59,906 nucleotides of DNA from Clostridia bacterium (GCA_017454465.1 JAFTCY010000127.1:1-59906), one strand, 5' to 3'. Shown: positions 46,846 through 57,288, numbered from the stretch's first letter. Numbers and translations: made by a program. Notes: a model not told the origin generated them from the sequence alone.

Positions 46846-48576
46846 ATGAAAAAACTGATGTTGGGAAACGAGGCGGCTGCCAGGGGGCTGTATGAGGCAG
46901 GCGTAAGGTTCGTTTCAAGCTATCCCGGGACCCCAAGTACAGAGATCACTGAGAATACTGCTCAGTATAAGGAGATATACAGCGAATGGGCGCCAAACGA
47001 AAAGGTGGCCCTTGAGGCTGCCCTCGGAGCCGCAGTCGGCGGGGGAAGATCCTTCTGCGGGATGAAGCACGTGGGACTGAACGTTGCGGCAGACCCTCTC
47101 TTTGTGACTGCTTATACAGGCATATCCGCCGGCATGGTCATCGGGGTCGCGGATGACCCCGGCATGCACTCCTCGCAGAACGAACAGGACAGCAGGCATT
47201 ATGCCAAAGCGGCGAAGCTGCCCATGCTGGAGCCTGCCAACTCCGCGGAGTGCAGAGACTATGCAAAAGCGGCATTTGAGCTTTCGGAAAGATTCGATAC
47301 TCCGGTCATATACAGGCTTACCACCCGCGTCAGCCACAGCAGGTCGGCGGTGGAGCTGGGAGAGAGAGAAGAGATCCCGGTCAGACCCTATGCGAAGGAT
47401 GCGTCAAAGCATGTAATGATGCCGGCAAACGCTAAGCGCAGGCATTACGACGTTGAGGCACATCTCGGCGCTCTTGCGGAATATGCCGAGAACTGCCCGT
47501 TCAACACGGTAGAGGAAAACGGAACGGCGCTGGGGATCATAACCGCAGGGAACTGCTGGAACTATTCAAAGGAAGCTTACGGAAAAACGGCGTCCTACCT
47601 GAAACTGGGGATGCTGAACCCGCTTCCCAGAAAAATGATCCTTGATTTTGCTTCAAAGCATGAAATGATAATCGTCGTGGAAGAACTGGATCCTGTCATA
47701 GAAGAGCACTGCAGAGCCCTCGGGATAAATGTCATAGGAAAACAGGATGGGGTCCTTCCGATGTGCGGAGAGTATTCCGAAGAACTGCTCAGGGAGAAAC
47801 TGCTGGGCGACGAAAGAGCATTCTGCGAACTTGCGGATCCGATCCCGCCGAGACCGCCCGTGCTTTGCCCGGGATGTCCCCACAGAGGAGTGTTCTACAC
47901 CCTTTCAAAACTCAGGCTCAATGTTTCGGGAGATATAGGGTGCTATACTCTCGGGGCCGTTGCGCCGCTGTCGGCGATAGATACTGTCTACTGCATGGGC
48001 GCTTCCATATCCTCTCTTCACGGCGCATGCAAGGTCAGAGGCGAGGAAGACAAGTGGGTATCCGTGATAGGAGACTCCACTTTCATGCACAGCGGGCTGA
48101 CCGGGCTTGTGAACGTGGTATATAACGGAGGAAACACCACGACAATCATACTGGACAACAGCATAACGGGAATGACCGGACATCAGGACAATCCTCTTAC
48201 AGGAAAGACCCTGATGGGTGAAAAGGCTCCCAATCTGTGTCTTGAAGACATCTGCTCGTCTCTCGGAGTCCCGAGGGAGCATATAAGGGCGGTGGACCCT
48301 CAGGACCTGAAGGAACTGGAAACGGCGATCAAGGAGGAAGTGGCAGCCGCGTGCCCGTCCGTGATCATCTGCAGGAGGCCGTGCGCGCTGCTCAAGACTG
48401 CTGTCAGAAAGCCTGCGCTGACTGTGGACAGCAGCAAGTGTGTGGGATGCAGAAGCTGCATGAAGATAGGGTGCCCATGCATATCGATGGACAACAAAAA
48501 AGCCAGGATAGATGCATCCATATGCGTAGGATGCGGTCTCTGCGAACAGATGTGCCGTGTTTCGGCAATAGGTTAA
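46846..48576 (+). CDS. iorA: Indolepyruvate:ferredoxin oxidoreductase, alpha subunit
   Basis: MKKLMLGNEAAARGLYEAGVRFVSSYPGTPSTEI, a TPP-binding region, and a C-terminal double 4Fe-4S motif (CVGCRSCMKIGCPC ... CVGCGLCEQMC). Confidence 0.9.
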   Translation: MKKLMLGNEAAARGLYEAGVRFVSSYPGTPSTEITENTAQYKEIYSEWAPNEKVALEAALGAAVGGGRSFCGMKHVGLNVAADPLFVTAYTGISAGMVIGVADDPGMHSSQNEQDSRHYAKAAKLPMLEPANSAECRDYAKAAFELSERFDTPVIYRLTTRVSHSRSAVELGEREEIPVRPYAKDASKHVMMPANAKRRHYDVEAHLGALAEYAENCPFNTVEENGTALGIITAGNCWNYSKEAYGKTASYLKLGMLNPLPRKMILDFASKHEMIIVVEELDPVIEEHCRALGINVIGKQDGVLPMCGEYSEELLREKLLGDERAFCELADPIPPRPPVLCPGCPHRGVFYTLSKLRLNVSGDIGCYTLGAVAPLSAIDTVYCMGASISSLHGACKVRGEEDKWVSVIGDSTFMHSGLTGLVNVVYNGGNTTTIILDNSITGMTGHQDNPLTGKTLMGEKAPNLCLEDICSSLGVPREHIRAVDPQDLKELETAIKEEVAAACPSVIICRRPCALLKTAVRKPALTVDSSKCVGCRSCMKIGCPCISMDNKKARIDASICVGCGLCEQMCRVSAIG

Positions 48577-48589
48577 GGAGGAGAGCGCC

Positions 48590-49174
48590 GTGAAAAACAT
48601 GAATATCATGATAGTCGGTGTGGGCGGACAGGGTTCGCTTTTGGCATCTAAGATCCTCGGAAAAGCGGCAATGGATAAGGGCTTCGATGTAAAGGTGTCG
48701 GAAGTACACGGAATGTCCCAGAGGGGCGGATCGGTCGTAACGTACGTCAGATACGGAGAGGAAGTTTACTCACCGGTGATATGCAGGGGCGACTGTGATG
48801 TCATCATATCCTTTGAGCTCCTTGAGGCTGCAAGGTGGCTTCCAAATCTGAAGCCCGGAGGAGTGATCATAACCTCTCTCCAGAAGATCAATCCAATGCC
48901 CGTCATAACCGGTGCCGCGGTGTATCCCGAGAACATAGTCGGGAACATAAAGGGACTCGGAGTTGACATAAGAGCCTATGATACCGAATCCATCGCAAGG
49001 GAAGTCGGGAACCCGAAAACGTCGAATGTCGCGCTGATCGGGCTTGCCCAGACGGCGCTCGGGATCGACAATGAGACTTTGAGAGCCGCGGTGGCGGCGT
49101 GTGTGCCGCAGAAGGCGCTTGACGTGAACCTGGCTGCCTATGATGCCGGCGTGAAACTCGCAGGGGCGGTCTGA
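48590..49174 (+). CDS. iorB: Indolepyruvate:ferredoxin oxidoreductase, beta subunit
   Basis: IMIVGVGGQGSLLASKILG...EVHGMSQRGGSV. GTG start 7 nt after AAGGAGGAG. Confidence 0.9.
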   Translation: MKNMNIMIVGVGGQGSLLASKILGKAAMDKGFDVKVSEVHGMSQRGGSVVTYVRYGEEVYSPVICRGDCDVIISFELLEAARWLPNLKPGGVIITSLQKINPMPVITGAAVYPENIVGNIKGLGVDIRAYDTESIAREVGNPKTSNVALIGLAQTALGIDNETLRAAVAACVPQKALDVNLAAYDAGVKLAGAV

Positions 49175-49731
49175 TGCTGGATCTGCTGTCCTTACAGAAA
49201 AAATTCATACTGGAACATCTGGGCGAAGGCGACTGTGCCGTTGACTTTACTATGGGAAACGGACATGATACGGTCTTCCTGAGCAAGACGGTCGGCAGGG
49301 ACGGAAGGGTCTATGCTTTTGATATCCAGGAGGAAGCTCTTGTCAGTACCGAAAGGAACCTGAAGCGTTCCGGGTGCCCTGAGAACTGGAAGCTCATAAA
49401 GGCGTCGCATGACCTGGCGGATCAGTATGTCAAAGAAAAGATAAAAGCAGGGATGTTCAACCTGGGATATCTGCCCGGAGCGGGGAAAAAGGCTCTTACC
49501 ACAAAGAGAGCCACAACGCTCCCCGCAGTTAAAAAAGCCCTTGGCATGCTGGGAAAGGACGCCGTTCTTCTTGTGGCGGTCTATCCCGGACATCCCGAGG
49601 GAGCAGAGGAGGGGAAGGAGCTTGAAGCGTATTTCGGCTCTCTTTCCAGATTTGAATACGGGATCGCGGAAGTAAAGATGCTGAACTCTCCGGAGAGCCC
49701 GTTCTTCGTCGTTGTTGAAACCAAGGAGTAG
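49174..49731 (+). CDS. Class I SAM-dependent methyltransferase of the YtqB/MnmM type
   Basis: DFTMGNGHDTVFL and VYAFDIQEEAL motifs, with size (~185 aa) typical of YtqB-like RNA methyltransferases. TGATG overlap with iorB. Confidence 0.65.
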   Translation: MLDLLSLQKKFILEHLGEGDCAVDFTMGNGHDTVFLSKTVGRDGRVYAFDIQEEALVSTERNLKRSGCPENWKLIKASHDLADQYVKEKIKAGMFNLGYLPGAGKKALTTKRATTLPAVKKALGMLGKDAVLLVAVYPGHPEGAEEGKELEAYFGSLSRFEYGIAEVKMLNSPESPFFVVVETKE

Positions 49732-49734
49732 GCA

Positions 49735-51180
49735 ATGAGACAGCAGAACAGTCAGAACAATGGCGGAAGCCGAAGGTATTCCCGCGAAGAGGCGGAATAC
49801 CTAAGGCGCCGCCGGGCGGCGGAAGAAATGGCCGCAGAGAGAAAAAAAGAACAGAAAAAGATCAGAAGGCGCGAGAATCTCAAAATCACAGGCGGAAGAT
49901 TGCTCGTGTTTTTGATTATATTCCTGATCATTGCGGCAATCGCTGCAACAGTCATCTTCATTGCTTTCTGCTCGACTCCCGATGCGCCTAAGACCTCCGG
50001 AGACATAACGTATTACTACGGCGGCAAGGAGGTTCGCAGGCAGAAGGCGGAGGGGCACGTGACCCTTGACGGGGCGTATTTCTGCTTCAACGACCTGTCC
50101 GAATACCTGGGAATGGCAGAGAGCGGAAACGCGGCGGAAATGAAATTTATCATACGCCGTGAACCCGCAAAGACTTCGGAAGGGCAGGGGGATGAAGAGT
50201 ATATCGTGTTTCTGACCGACGCCAAGCGTGTTATCGTGAACGGGCAGGAGATAAAACTTGAAATACCGAACCTTCTGGAAGGGGACGAGGTCTGGGTGGC
50301 GATCGACTTCATAAGGGACTATATGAGCGGGCTTTCGGTGTCATATGACAGAAACAGAGCTGTACTGAAGGTCGCAAGGGTCGCTGATGAAGAGCTGTCG
50401 ACGAAAGACAGCATCGTATATATGCCGGTCACTTTCAGGCTTTCACGCACCGATCCGCTGGACCAGGCTGACAGGACGGGGGTAGACACGTCCGGATTCA
50501 AAGTCGATATCGACAGTCTTGAGATCCCGGCAGTGTGGTTCTCGGAGGATCTTTCGTCATATGAGAAATATATGAATCCTCAGGGAGAGATGAGGGATGC
50601 ATTCCTCGTCCTGGTGAATTCCGGACACCGGATAAGTGCCGACAGCGTTCCCGGAGACCTTGTGACCGTCACTTACGGCAATATGAGCGGCACGGTACAG
50701 CTGCGGGAATTTGCAATGATGTCCCTGGAGGCGCTGTTCACTGAGCTAAGGGGAGCCGGATTCTTCGGAATGATGGTAGACAGCGGGTACCGTGACTATG
50801 CGTACCAGTCAAATATCTTCGAGTCTTATGTTCAGAAAGAAATGAGCGCCAGCCCGTCACTTACAAGAGCGGCGGCCGAGGCAGTCGTCTCAAGGTATTC
50901 TGCCAGACCGGGGACCAGCGAGCACCAGACGGGCCTTGCCCTGGATATGGACAATACGGGAGCTCTGACAGTTGATTTTGCGGATACAGACGAATACAGA
51001 TGGCTCGAGCAGAACGCGTGGAAGTTCGGCTTTATCCTGAGGTATCCCGAGGGAAAAGAAGATATAACAGGAATCCAGTTTGAGCCCTGGCATTACAGGT
51101 TCGTCGGCAGATACCACGCATATAAGATCCACGAGTCAGGCATGTGTCTCGAAGAATACCTGGCGGATCTGAAATCATGA
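49735..51180 (+). CDS. Membrane-anchored M15B (VanY-type) D-alanyl-D-alanine carboxypeptidase family protein
   Basis: N-terminal basic region plus a TM segment. C-terminal SGYRDYAYQ, SEHQTGLALD and EPWHYRFVG metal-binding motifs. Confidence 0.8.
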   Translation: MRQQNSQNNGGSRRYSREEAEYLRRRRAAEEMAAERKKEQKKIRRRENLKITGGRLLVFLIIFLIIAAIAATVIFIAFCSTPDAPKTSGDITYYYGGKEVRRQKAEGHVTLDGAYFCFNDLSEYLGMAESGNAAEMKFIIRREPAKTSEGQGDEEYIVFLTDAKRVIVNGQEIKLEIPNLLEGDEVWVAIDFIRDYMSGLSVSYDRNRAVLKVARVADEELSTKDSIVYMPVTFRLSRTDPLDQADRTGVDTSGFKVDIDSLEIPAVWFSEDLSSYEKYMNPQGEMRDAFLVLVNSGHRISADSVPGDLVTVTYGNMSGTVQLREFAMMSLEALFTELRGAGFFGMMVDSGYRDYAYQSNIFESYVQKEMSASPSLTRAAAEAVVSRYSARPGTSEHQTGLALDMDNTGALTVDFADTDEYRWLEQNAWKFGFILRYPEGKEDITGIQFEPWHYRFVGRYHAYKIHESGMCLEEYLADLKS

Positions 51181-51196
51181 AGGGAGGCTTTTCGCT

Positions 51197-53239
51197 ATGA
51201 AGAAAATAACAGCAGCCGTGGCTTTTATCCTTGCGGTCATGATGCTGCTTTCATCGTGCAACGAGGCGGTGCCGGGGCCGGAGCCAAAGGACGATCCCGG
51301 AACAGAGCCCCAGTCCGCGGCTCCTGTGGAATCTGACGAGCCTCCGGAATCGGCAGAACAGCCCGAGGAAGGGATCCCCGAGGAGGATTTTTACGAAGAC
51401 CGGGGATCTGTAAAAGTGCTCAGAGGTCTTGATTTCATTCCTGACAGCCTTACGAACTCATATGAGGGGTGCGTGGTAGCGTTCAAGGACGAAATCACGT
51501 CTATCGAACTCGGTTACATCGATTTTGAAAAACGAACGATACGGCGCGGGAAGGCCGAACTGGGCGAGGTCGATATGGGCGGACTCAGGTTTTCAAATGT
51601 ATGGCTAATTAACGGGTTCGTAGTGATCATGACCGACGATACCCGGGAGATCATCGTGCTGGACAGGGAGCTGAAGGAGATCTACAGGGGTGCCTTTGAA
51701 GAGGTCTCGGGACAGATGGTATACGCCGGATCCGGCAGGATCGTCAGTATGTTTGCCGAATCCGAAGGGCTTCTCATCATTACTGTCGGAGCGGACGGAC
51801 AGCCTGAGATAAGCCGCTGCGACATAGAATACCCGGGGCAGAATGACAGCATATATGTGAACTCATATATCAGCGGAGACGAGATGCTGGTGGATTTTTA
51901 CGGCTCTGAAACATATGAACAGCAGAGCGGGATCCTGAATATATCGACCGGGGAATGCCGGACCTTCTCGCCCGATCTTTACGGATTTATGTCCTGCAGC
52001 GGGTGCATTCTCTCAACAGATTACATGACGGGGGAAATAAGAGTTTTCGATGCATCCAGGCCCAATCTCGTAACGGTGCTTGACACGGGTGACTGCAGGA
52101 TAAACGACGGATGGTACCCCAGCTGGCCGAAAGGAGAGGCGAGCTACCTCAGCCTTGTACGCACCGATCTTGATAATACCGGAATCTCAGTAGTCGATCC
52201 GGTTACCGGTGAAAGGGCGGCAAGGATAGGACTTGACCCGGATATAATATCAGTGTATCCGGTCGTTGAGATCGGAGAACGCATCTGCGCCCTTCTGAGG
52301 TATGATTATGAAGGAGCGGAAGCAGAGATCATGATCGCGGGGCTGGAGAAGGAAGAATCTCCCAACGACTGGCCCGGCATGCTGACAAGAGAGGATCCGA
52401 AAGGAAAAAGAGCCAACGATGCGAGAGCGGAGGAGATGTACCGTGAATACGGGATCTCCGTTTACATGAGGGATGAATCGGTCAGATATCTGAACGGATA
52501 TGCGGTCGTACCTGCATACGACGAGGCAAAGATCGCGGAGACCCTGGATATCATTTCCGGATTCTTTAAAAACTGTCCGGAGGGATTTGTCAGAGATATT
52601 GCTGCGCAGTATTCCGGGTTTGATATCTGTCTTGTAAACAGAATAATTCCTGACACGTCAAACAGGAACTCTATCGGAGATGCCGCGGCTTTCACAGTGG
52701 AGACCGGCGGGATTGAGCTTATAGTCATTGACGTAACGTCGAACGACCTCGACAGGACTATTGCCCACGAGTTTTTCCATGTGATAGAAAACACTATGAC
52801 GAACCTGTCGGTTTACGATCCGGCATATTACGGCATAGAGGCTTTTGCAAGATGGGAGCTGCTCAACCCATACGGATTTGAATACCGCTGGATATATACC
52901 GAGGAAGACGGAAGCACTGTAGACTCGTCATCAGAGTATCTGTCGACCTACTGGACCGAGGGCAGAGAGGATGAGATTTACTTCGTGGACGGATACTGCA
53001 CGACTTATCCTTCCGAGGACAGAGCAAGAGTGTTTGAGTATATTGCGGTACCTCCGGACGGAACACTGCCTGTTTGGTTCGGAGAAAAGATGATTCTGAA
53101 GGCGGAATATCTCTGTGCGTGCATCCGGGAGGTATTTGGGGATGAAAACTGGGAAGATGTCAGCTGGGAGCGCTTTTTGGATCCCGGCCACGACCTTCAG
53201 TATTTCAGGGAAAACTACCAGTTATGGCCCGCATGGTGA
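51197..53239 (+). CDS. Lipoprotein with a C-terminal HExxH putative zinc-metallopeptidase motif
   Basis: Lipobox MMLLSSC, an acidic linker, a repeat-like beta-rich middle, and TIAHEFFHVIEN. GGGAGG RBS. Confidence 0.45.
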   Translation: MKKITAAVAFILAVMMLLSSCNEAVPGPEPKDDPGTEPQSAAPVESDEPPESAEQPEEGIPEEDFYEDRGSVKVLRGLDFIPDSLTNSYEGCVVAFKDEITSIELGYIDFEKRTIRRGKAELGEVDMGGLRFSNVWLINGFVVIMTDDTREIIVLDRELKEIYRGAFEEVSGQMVYAGSGRIVSMFAESEGLLIITVGADGQPEISRCDIEYPGQNDSIYVNSYISGDEMLVDFYGSETYEQQSGILNISTGECRTFSPDLYGFMSCSGCILSTDYMTGEIRVFDASRPNLVTVLDTGDCRINDGWYPSWPKGEASYLSLVRTDLDNTGISVVDPVTGERAARIGLDPDIISVYPVVEIGERICALLRYDYEGAEAEIMIAGLEKEESPNDWPGMLTREDPKGKRANDARAEEMYREYGISVYMRDESVRYLNGYAVVPAYDEAKIAETLDIISGFFKNCPEGFVRDIAAQYSGFDICLVNRIIPDTSNRNSIGDAAAFTVETGGIELIVIDVTSNDLDRTIAHEFFHVIENTMTNLSVYDPAYYGIEAFARWELLNPYGFEYRWIYTEEDGSTVDSSSEYLSTYWTEGREDEIYFVDGYCTTYPSEDRARVFEYIAVPPDGTLPVWFGEKMILKAEYLCACIREVFGDENWEDVSWERFLDPGHDLQYFRENYQLWPAW

Positions 53240-53275
53240 GTATCGGGTTTTGTTACACGGGAGGAGAATACACTT

Positions 53276-55480
53276 ATGGCAGGCAACAGGAGCAGGAAGA
53301 GCATAGAAAAAAAGCTGTCCAGACAGCAGGGCAAGAAAAACAAGGCCGTAAACGATGTGATAGAAAAAAGAAAGAGGGCGACGGGTAGCAGGAATGAGCT
53401 GAACGCGCTTGCGGAGCCGGACGTTGCAGCTGTCGGAACAGAAGTAAAAGGTGTTTTTTCATATAACATGAAGGGGTTCGGGTTCGTCAGGCCGGATCCT
53501 CAGTATAAGGTAAGGGATATCTTTATTCCGCCGCACGAAACAGCAGGCGCAATGACCGGTGACCGGGTGACAGTCAGGGTGAGCTGGTCTGACAGATCAT
53601 CAGGGAAATGTGAAGGAAAGATCGTGAAACGGAACCCGGCCTGCGAGTTCATCGTAGGTACCCTGAAGGAGCTCAAGCCACAATATTATCTGATCCCGGA
53701 TAACAGCAAGTACGGTGTGGACGTCACAGTAACCAAGGCAAGCGTAAAGGAGTCGGGGGCAGTTCCGGGAGACCGGGTCGTCGTGGTGCCGAAGGGAAAC
53801 CGACGGTATTTTTCAAGATTAGTGGAAGAATCGTATTCAAAATACTGGGAATTTGAGGAAGTATTCTTTTCCAGCACCGTAGAAGCAAAGATCAGCAGAG
53901 TGCTGGGAGATACGCTCTCCAAAGAGGCGGCATATGCGGCTGTGCTTCTTGAAAACAATATCCGGACGGAGTTTGACCAGGAAACGGTAGATTACACCGA
54001 AAAAGCCTCGGCGGAAAAAATAAGCCTGGCCGGCCGGGCGGATCTGAGAGACCGTCTTATCTTTACCATCGACGGTGCAGGTGCAAAGGACCTGGATGAT
54101 GCGATCTCGCTGGAGAAGACCGGCCATGGGTATACGCTCGGGGTTCATATTGCTGATGTTTCACACTATGTCAGACGCGAATCTCCCGTTGAGATCGAAG
54201 CAAGAAAAAGAGGGACCAGCGTATATTTCATCGACCGGGTCGTTCCGATGCTTCCCGCCGTGCTGTCCAACGGGTCATGTTCACTTGGCGAGGGAGAGGA
54301 TAAGTACGCTCTCTCATGTGAGATGGAATTCGACGAAGAGGGCAGAAGGCTCGGCGCAAGGATCTTCAGATCAGTGATAAACAGCAAAGTCAGAGGCGTC
54401 TACAGCGAGGTAAACGATATTTTCGAAAAAAAGAAGGAAAGCGAATTCTTTAATAAATACTGCTGTGTGTACGAGGAGCTGGAGCTGATGCGGGATCTGT
54501 ATCATATTTTTGCGGAACAGTCAAAAAAACGCGGAGTGATAGAACTTGAGGATGCGGAACTTGAGATAGAAGTAAATGAGCACGGCGATCCTGTCGGAGT
54601 CTCAAAAAGGGAACGGGGTGAAGGCGAAAAACTCATCGAACAGTTCATGATACAGGCAAATATCGCGGTGGCAAGCATCCTGAACTCGTCATCCCTGCCA
54701 TGCATTTACAGGGTGCACGGCAGTCCGGCTGACGAAAAGCTCCATGATTTTGCTGTTTTCGCAAATAATATCGGACTGGATATCCGGGGGCTTCCGGAGG
54801 ATCCGGCCAAGGATCCTCGGGGAATGGCATTCTGGTACAGGAACATACTGTCACAGGCTGATGCAGCGGGCATCGGAGATATCGTGTCATCTATGGCTCT
54901 GCGCAGCATGATGAAGGCAAAATACAGTCCGGCATGCCTGCCTCACTTTGGTATCGGGGCCGATACCTACTGCCACTTCACGTCGCCGATCCGCAGATAC
55001 CCTGATCTGTTTGTACATTCTGTGCTTAACGAACTTCTTGGAAAGACCGGCGGAGGAAAGAAAACGGTCGCCGTGATAAGGGAAGGAGAACCCGTAAATG
55101 ATGTTCCTCAGGGGATCGAGTATTATCTTGAGGCTTCTGCGGAAAGGGCAGAGCTTGCATCAGATGCGGAACTCAGGGCTGTCGCGGCCGAAAGAAAGAT
55201 AACCGACATATACGTGGCAAGGTTCATGAGCGACAAGATCGGAAAGAAATTCGATGTAAAAGTTACTTCGGTCATAAAGAGCGGGATCTTCGTACAGACG
55301 GAAGAGGGGATCGAGGGATTCATACCGGTACTTGAATTCGGATACGCTACAGTTGATGAAAAGGCGATGACCCTGAAAGCAGGTAGGAAAACATACAAGC
55401 TGGGAACAGGCATGACAGCGGTCCTGAAAGAAGCCGATGTGGTCCAGGGAAAGCTGACGTTTGCTCCGAAAAACAGCTGA
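53276..55480 (+). CDS. rnr: Ribonuclease R
   Basis: Cold-shock-like KGFGFVRPD, RNB domain (FTIDGAGAKDLDDAISL, HIADVSHYV, HFTSPIRRYPD), and a C-terminal S1 domain (FDVKVTSVIKSGIFVQ). Confidence 0.9.
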   Translation: MAGNRSRKSIEKKLSRQQGKKNKAVNDVIEKRKRATGSRNELNALAEPDVAAVGTEVKGVFSYNMKGFGFVRPDPQYKVRDIFIPPHETAGAMTGDRVTVRVSWSDRSSGKCEGKIVKRNPACEFIVGTLKELKPQYYLIPDNSKYGVDVTVTKASVKESGAVPGDRVVVVPKGNRRYFSRLVEESYSKYWEFEEVFFSSTVEAKISRVLGDTLSKEAAYAAVLLENNIRTEFDQETVDYTEKASAEKISLAGRADLRDRLIFTIDGAGAKDLDDAISLEKTGHGYTLGVHIADVSHYVRRESPVEIEARKRGTSVYFIDRVVPMLPAVLSNGSCSLGEGEDKYALSCEMEFDEEGRRLGARIFRSVINSKVRGVYSEVNDIFEKKKESEFFNKYCCVYEELELMRDLYHIFAEQSKKRGVIELEDAELEIEVNEHGDPVGVSKRERGEGEKLIEQFMIQANIAVASILNSSSLPCIYRVHGSPADEKLHDFAVFANNIGLDIRGLPEDPAKDPRGMAFWYRNILSQADAAGIGDIVSSMALRSMMKAKYSPACLPHFGIGADTYCHFTSPIRRYPDLFVHSVLNELLGKTGGGKKTVAVIREGEPVNDVPQGIEYYLEASAERAELASDAELRAVAAERKITDIYVARFMSDKIGKKFDVKVTSVIKSGIFVQTEEGIEGFIPVLEFGYATVDEKAMTLKAGRKTYKLGTGMTAVLKEADVVQGKLTFAPKNS

Positions 55481-55508
55481 AAAGAAAAAAGGCGGGCGCA
55501 TGCTCGCC
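55481..55508 (-). terminator. Intrinsic terminator after the sigma/anti-sigma operon; possibly also serves rnr
   Basis: On the minus strand, GGCGAGC-ATGC-GCCCGCC is followed by TTTTTTCTTTT. Confidence 0.65.
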
Positions 55509-55527
55509 TTTATAGATATAATGCAAC

Positions 55528-56259
55528 TCAGTCGTGGGGGTTCATGACTCTTGATGAGTTTGCCCACATATTAATTGCGTAATTTTCCAGATTTCCGGAG
55601 CTGTCTTCGGTATCTTCTTCGCACTCCCTGGGGGAAGTGTCAAAAGCCGACGGAGAAGAGGCTTCAGGTGTGGAAAATGATTTGAAATTCCGTGCCTGCA
55701 TCAGTATCGCACTGTTGAGTATGTCAAGAGGCATTTCGGTATCTGGAACTTCGGCTGAGAAAGTTTGAACTGCATTGAAAGCAGCCGAATCCTCAACGGT
55801 TTCGTTTTCATCTGAAAGAGAGCCGTAAGAAGATGTGCTGGTGGTTCCGTTATATGCATCACAGTCTGGAGAGAAAGATCTGGTTTCTTCCGGTTCATCC
55901 CGTTTGCCGTTTAAGGCAAATGAGAGCTCGTCAGAGAAGCCGCCGTCTCCCGGAGCCTCCATTACTGCGTAGTCCGGTGTGACCATATCAGCAGGAGCCT
56001 TATTCTCTGCTCCTCCGCGGTAAACGACCGTGACGATGACCGCGGCAAGCAGAACAAAGCATGCCGCAATACCTCCCCATCTTGCAAAGGAGGCTGTGAG
56101 TCTTCTCTTTTTCTTATCCTGTTCCCGTATCGCTTTTACTTCAGCCATGACCCGGTCGTGGAAACCTGGAGAAGGCTTTGGGAAGGCGCTGTCCAGAGCC
56201 TTTTGGTACTCTGCGCCCGCCGTACCGTTACGGGGATCCTGTCTATCTAGTTCTGCCAT
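55528..56259 (-). CDS. Putative anti-sigma factor (single-pass membrane protein)
   Basis: It lies immediately downstream of the ECF sigma gene. It has a cytoplasmic N-terminus, one TM segment (WGGIAACFVLLAAVIVTVVY), and an acidic S/T-rich extracytoplasmic tail. Confidence 0.5.
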   Translation of the reverse strand: MAELDRQDPRNGTAGAEYQKALDSAFPKPSPGFHDRVMAEVKAIREQDKKKRRLTASFARWGGIAACFVLLAAVIVTVVYRGGAENKAPADMVTPDYAVMEAPGDGGFSDELSFALNGKRDEPEETRSFSPDCDAYNGTTSTSSYGSLSDENETVEDSAAFNAVQTFSAEVPDTEMPLDILNSAILMQARNFKSFSTPEASSPSAFDTSPRECEEDTEDSSGNLENYAINMWANSSRVMNPHD

Positions 56260-56308
56260 GTCAAGCTTCTTTCGTATAAACTGTTTTCGTGAGATTTGAC
56301 GCCGGGCC

Positions 56309-56998
56309 TTACAAAAAGTTCCATTCCAAAAGTGTGTTTTTGATTTTGTCCCTGCCTCGGGATATACGGGATCTTACGGTTCCTATCTCAATACTGAGTT
56401 TATCTGCGATCTCCTGATAACTCAAGCCGTCCAGATCTCTCAGAACGATCACGTCCCGCTGCTCTTTCGGGAGAGCCTCGATGGCCTTTCTCACCATGAT
56501 GACCGATTCTTTCCTGTCCAGGGCGTCTTCCGGGACCTCGTCTCCGGATGAGACCGGAAGGTCCCATTCCTCCGTTTCATCGCTGTCATCACTGTTTCTC
56601 GTGATCGAGACTCTCGGGCGTCTTTTTTCCGACCTTATATAATCCTTTGCGGTATTTACAGTGATCCGGAACAGCCATGTGGAAAAAGTGCAGTCACCCC
56701 TGAACCGGCCAAGGGAGCGCCAGGCTTTTATAAATGAGTTTTGAGCTATGTCCTCTGCATCGGATATCCCCAGGCCCTGAGAAGAAAGCACGCGGCAGGC
56801 CGAGTTGAACACGAATTTTTCGTATATGTAAACCAGGGACGAGAAGGCGTCATCGTCTCCAGCCTGAGCGGATCTCACAAGTTCCGCGACGGCTTCCCGT
56901 GATATGTCGACGTTATCGTCCGGCATTCCCGGGCCGCTGCCCCCGCCTTCCGGGTCGGGAGGCATCTTTCGTGGCTTTTCATCTATGATAAAGAACAT
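56309..56998 (-). CDS. ECF-type sigma-70 family RNA polymerase sigma factor
   Basis: Region 2 (AEDIAQNSFIKAWRSL...FSTWLFRITVN) and region 4 (LPKEQRDVIVLRDLDGLSYQEIADKLSIEIGTVRSRISRGR). The ~45-aa N-terminal extension makes the start uncertain. Confidence 0.8.
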   Translation of the reverse strand: MFFIIDEKPRKMPPDPEGGGSGPGMPDDNVDISREAVAELVRSAQAGDDDAFSSLVYIYEKFVFNSACRVLSSQGLGISDAEDIAQNSFIKAWRSLGRFRGDCTFSTWLFRITVNTAKDYIRSEKRRPRVSITRNSDDSDETEEWDLPVSSGDEVPEDALDRKESVIMVRKAIEALPKEQRDVIVLRDLDGLSYQEIADKLSIEIGTVRSRISRGRDKIKNTLLEWNFL

Positions 56999-57288
56999 GA
57001 TATATCTTCTTTCCTTTTTTCAGAAGGTCCTCTTTCCTGGAATTTTAGCACACACGGGAACGGGTGTCAAATATGACGGCGGAGCAACTGAAAAACGATT
57101 GATATGCCGGCAGAAAAAGCCGCGACACCACAAAAATTACTGGAAATACAGTAGATATTTTTAGGGAGCTATGATATAATAACCCTTGTGCTGGTCGCAG
57201 TCCGCATATCAGCGGAAAGCTGTATGCCAAATGAACTGTCGTGTAAGCAAAAACAATTACATATAATATTTTCGGAGGTAAGATCCTA

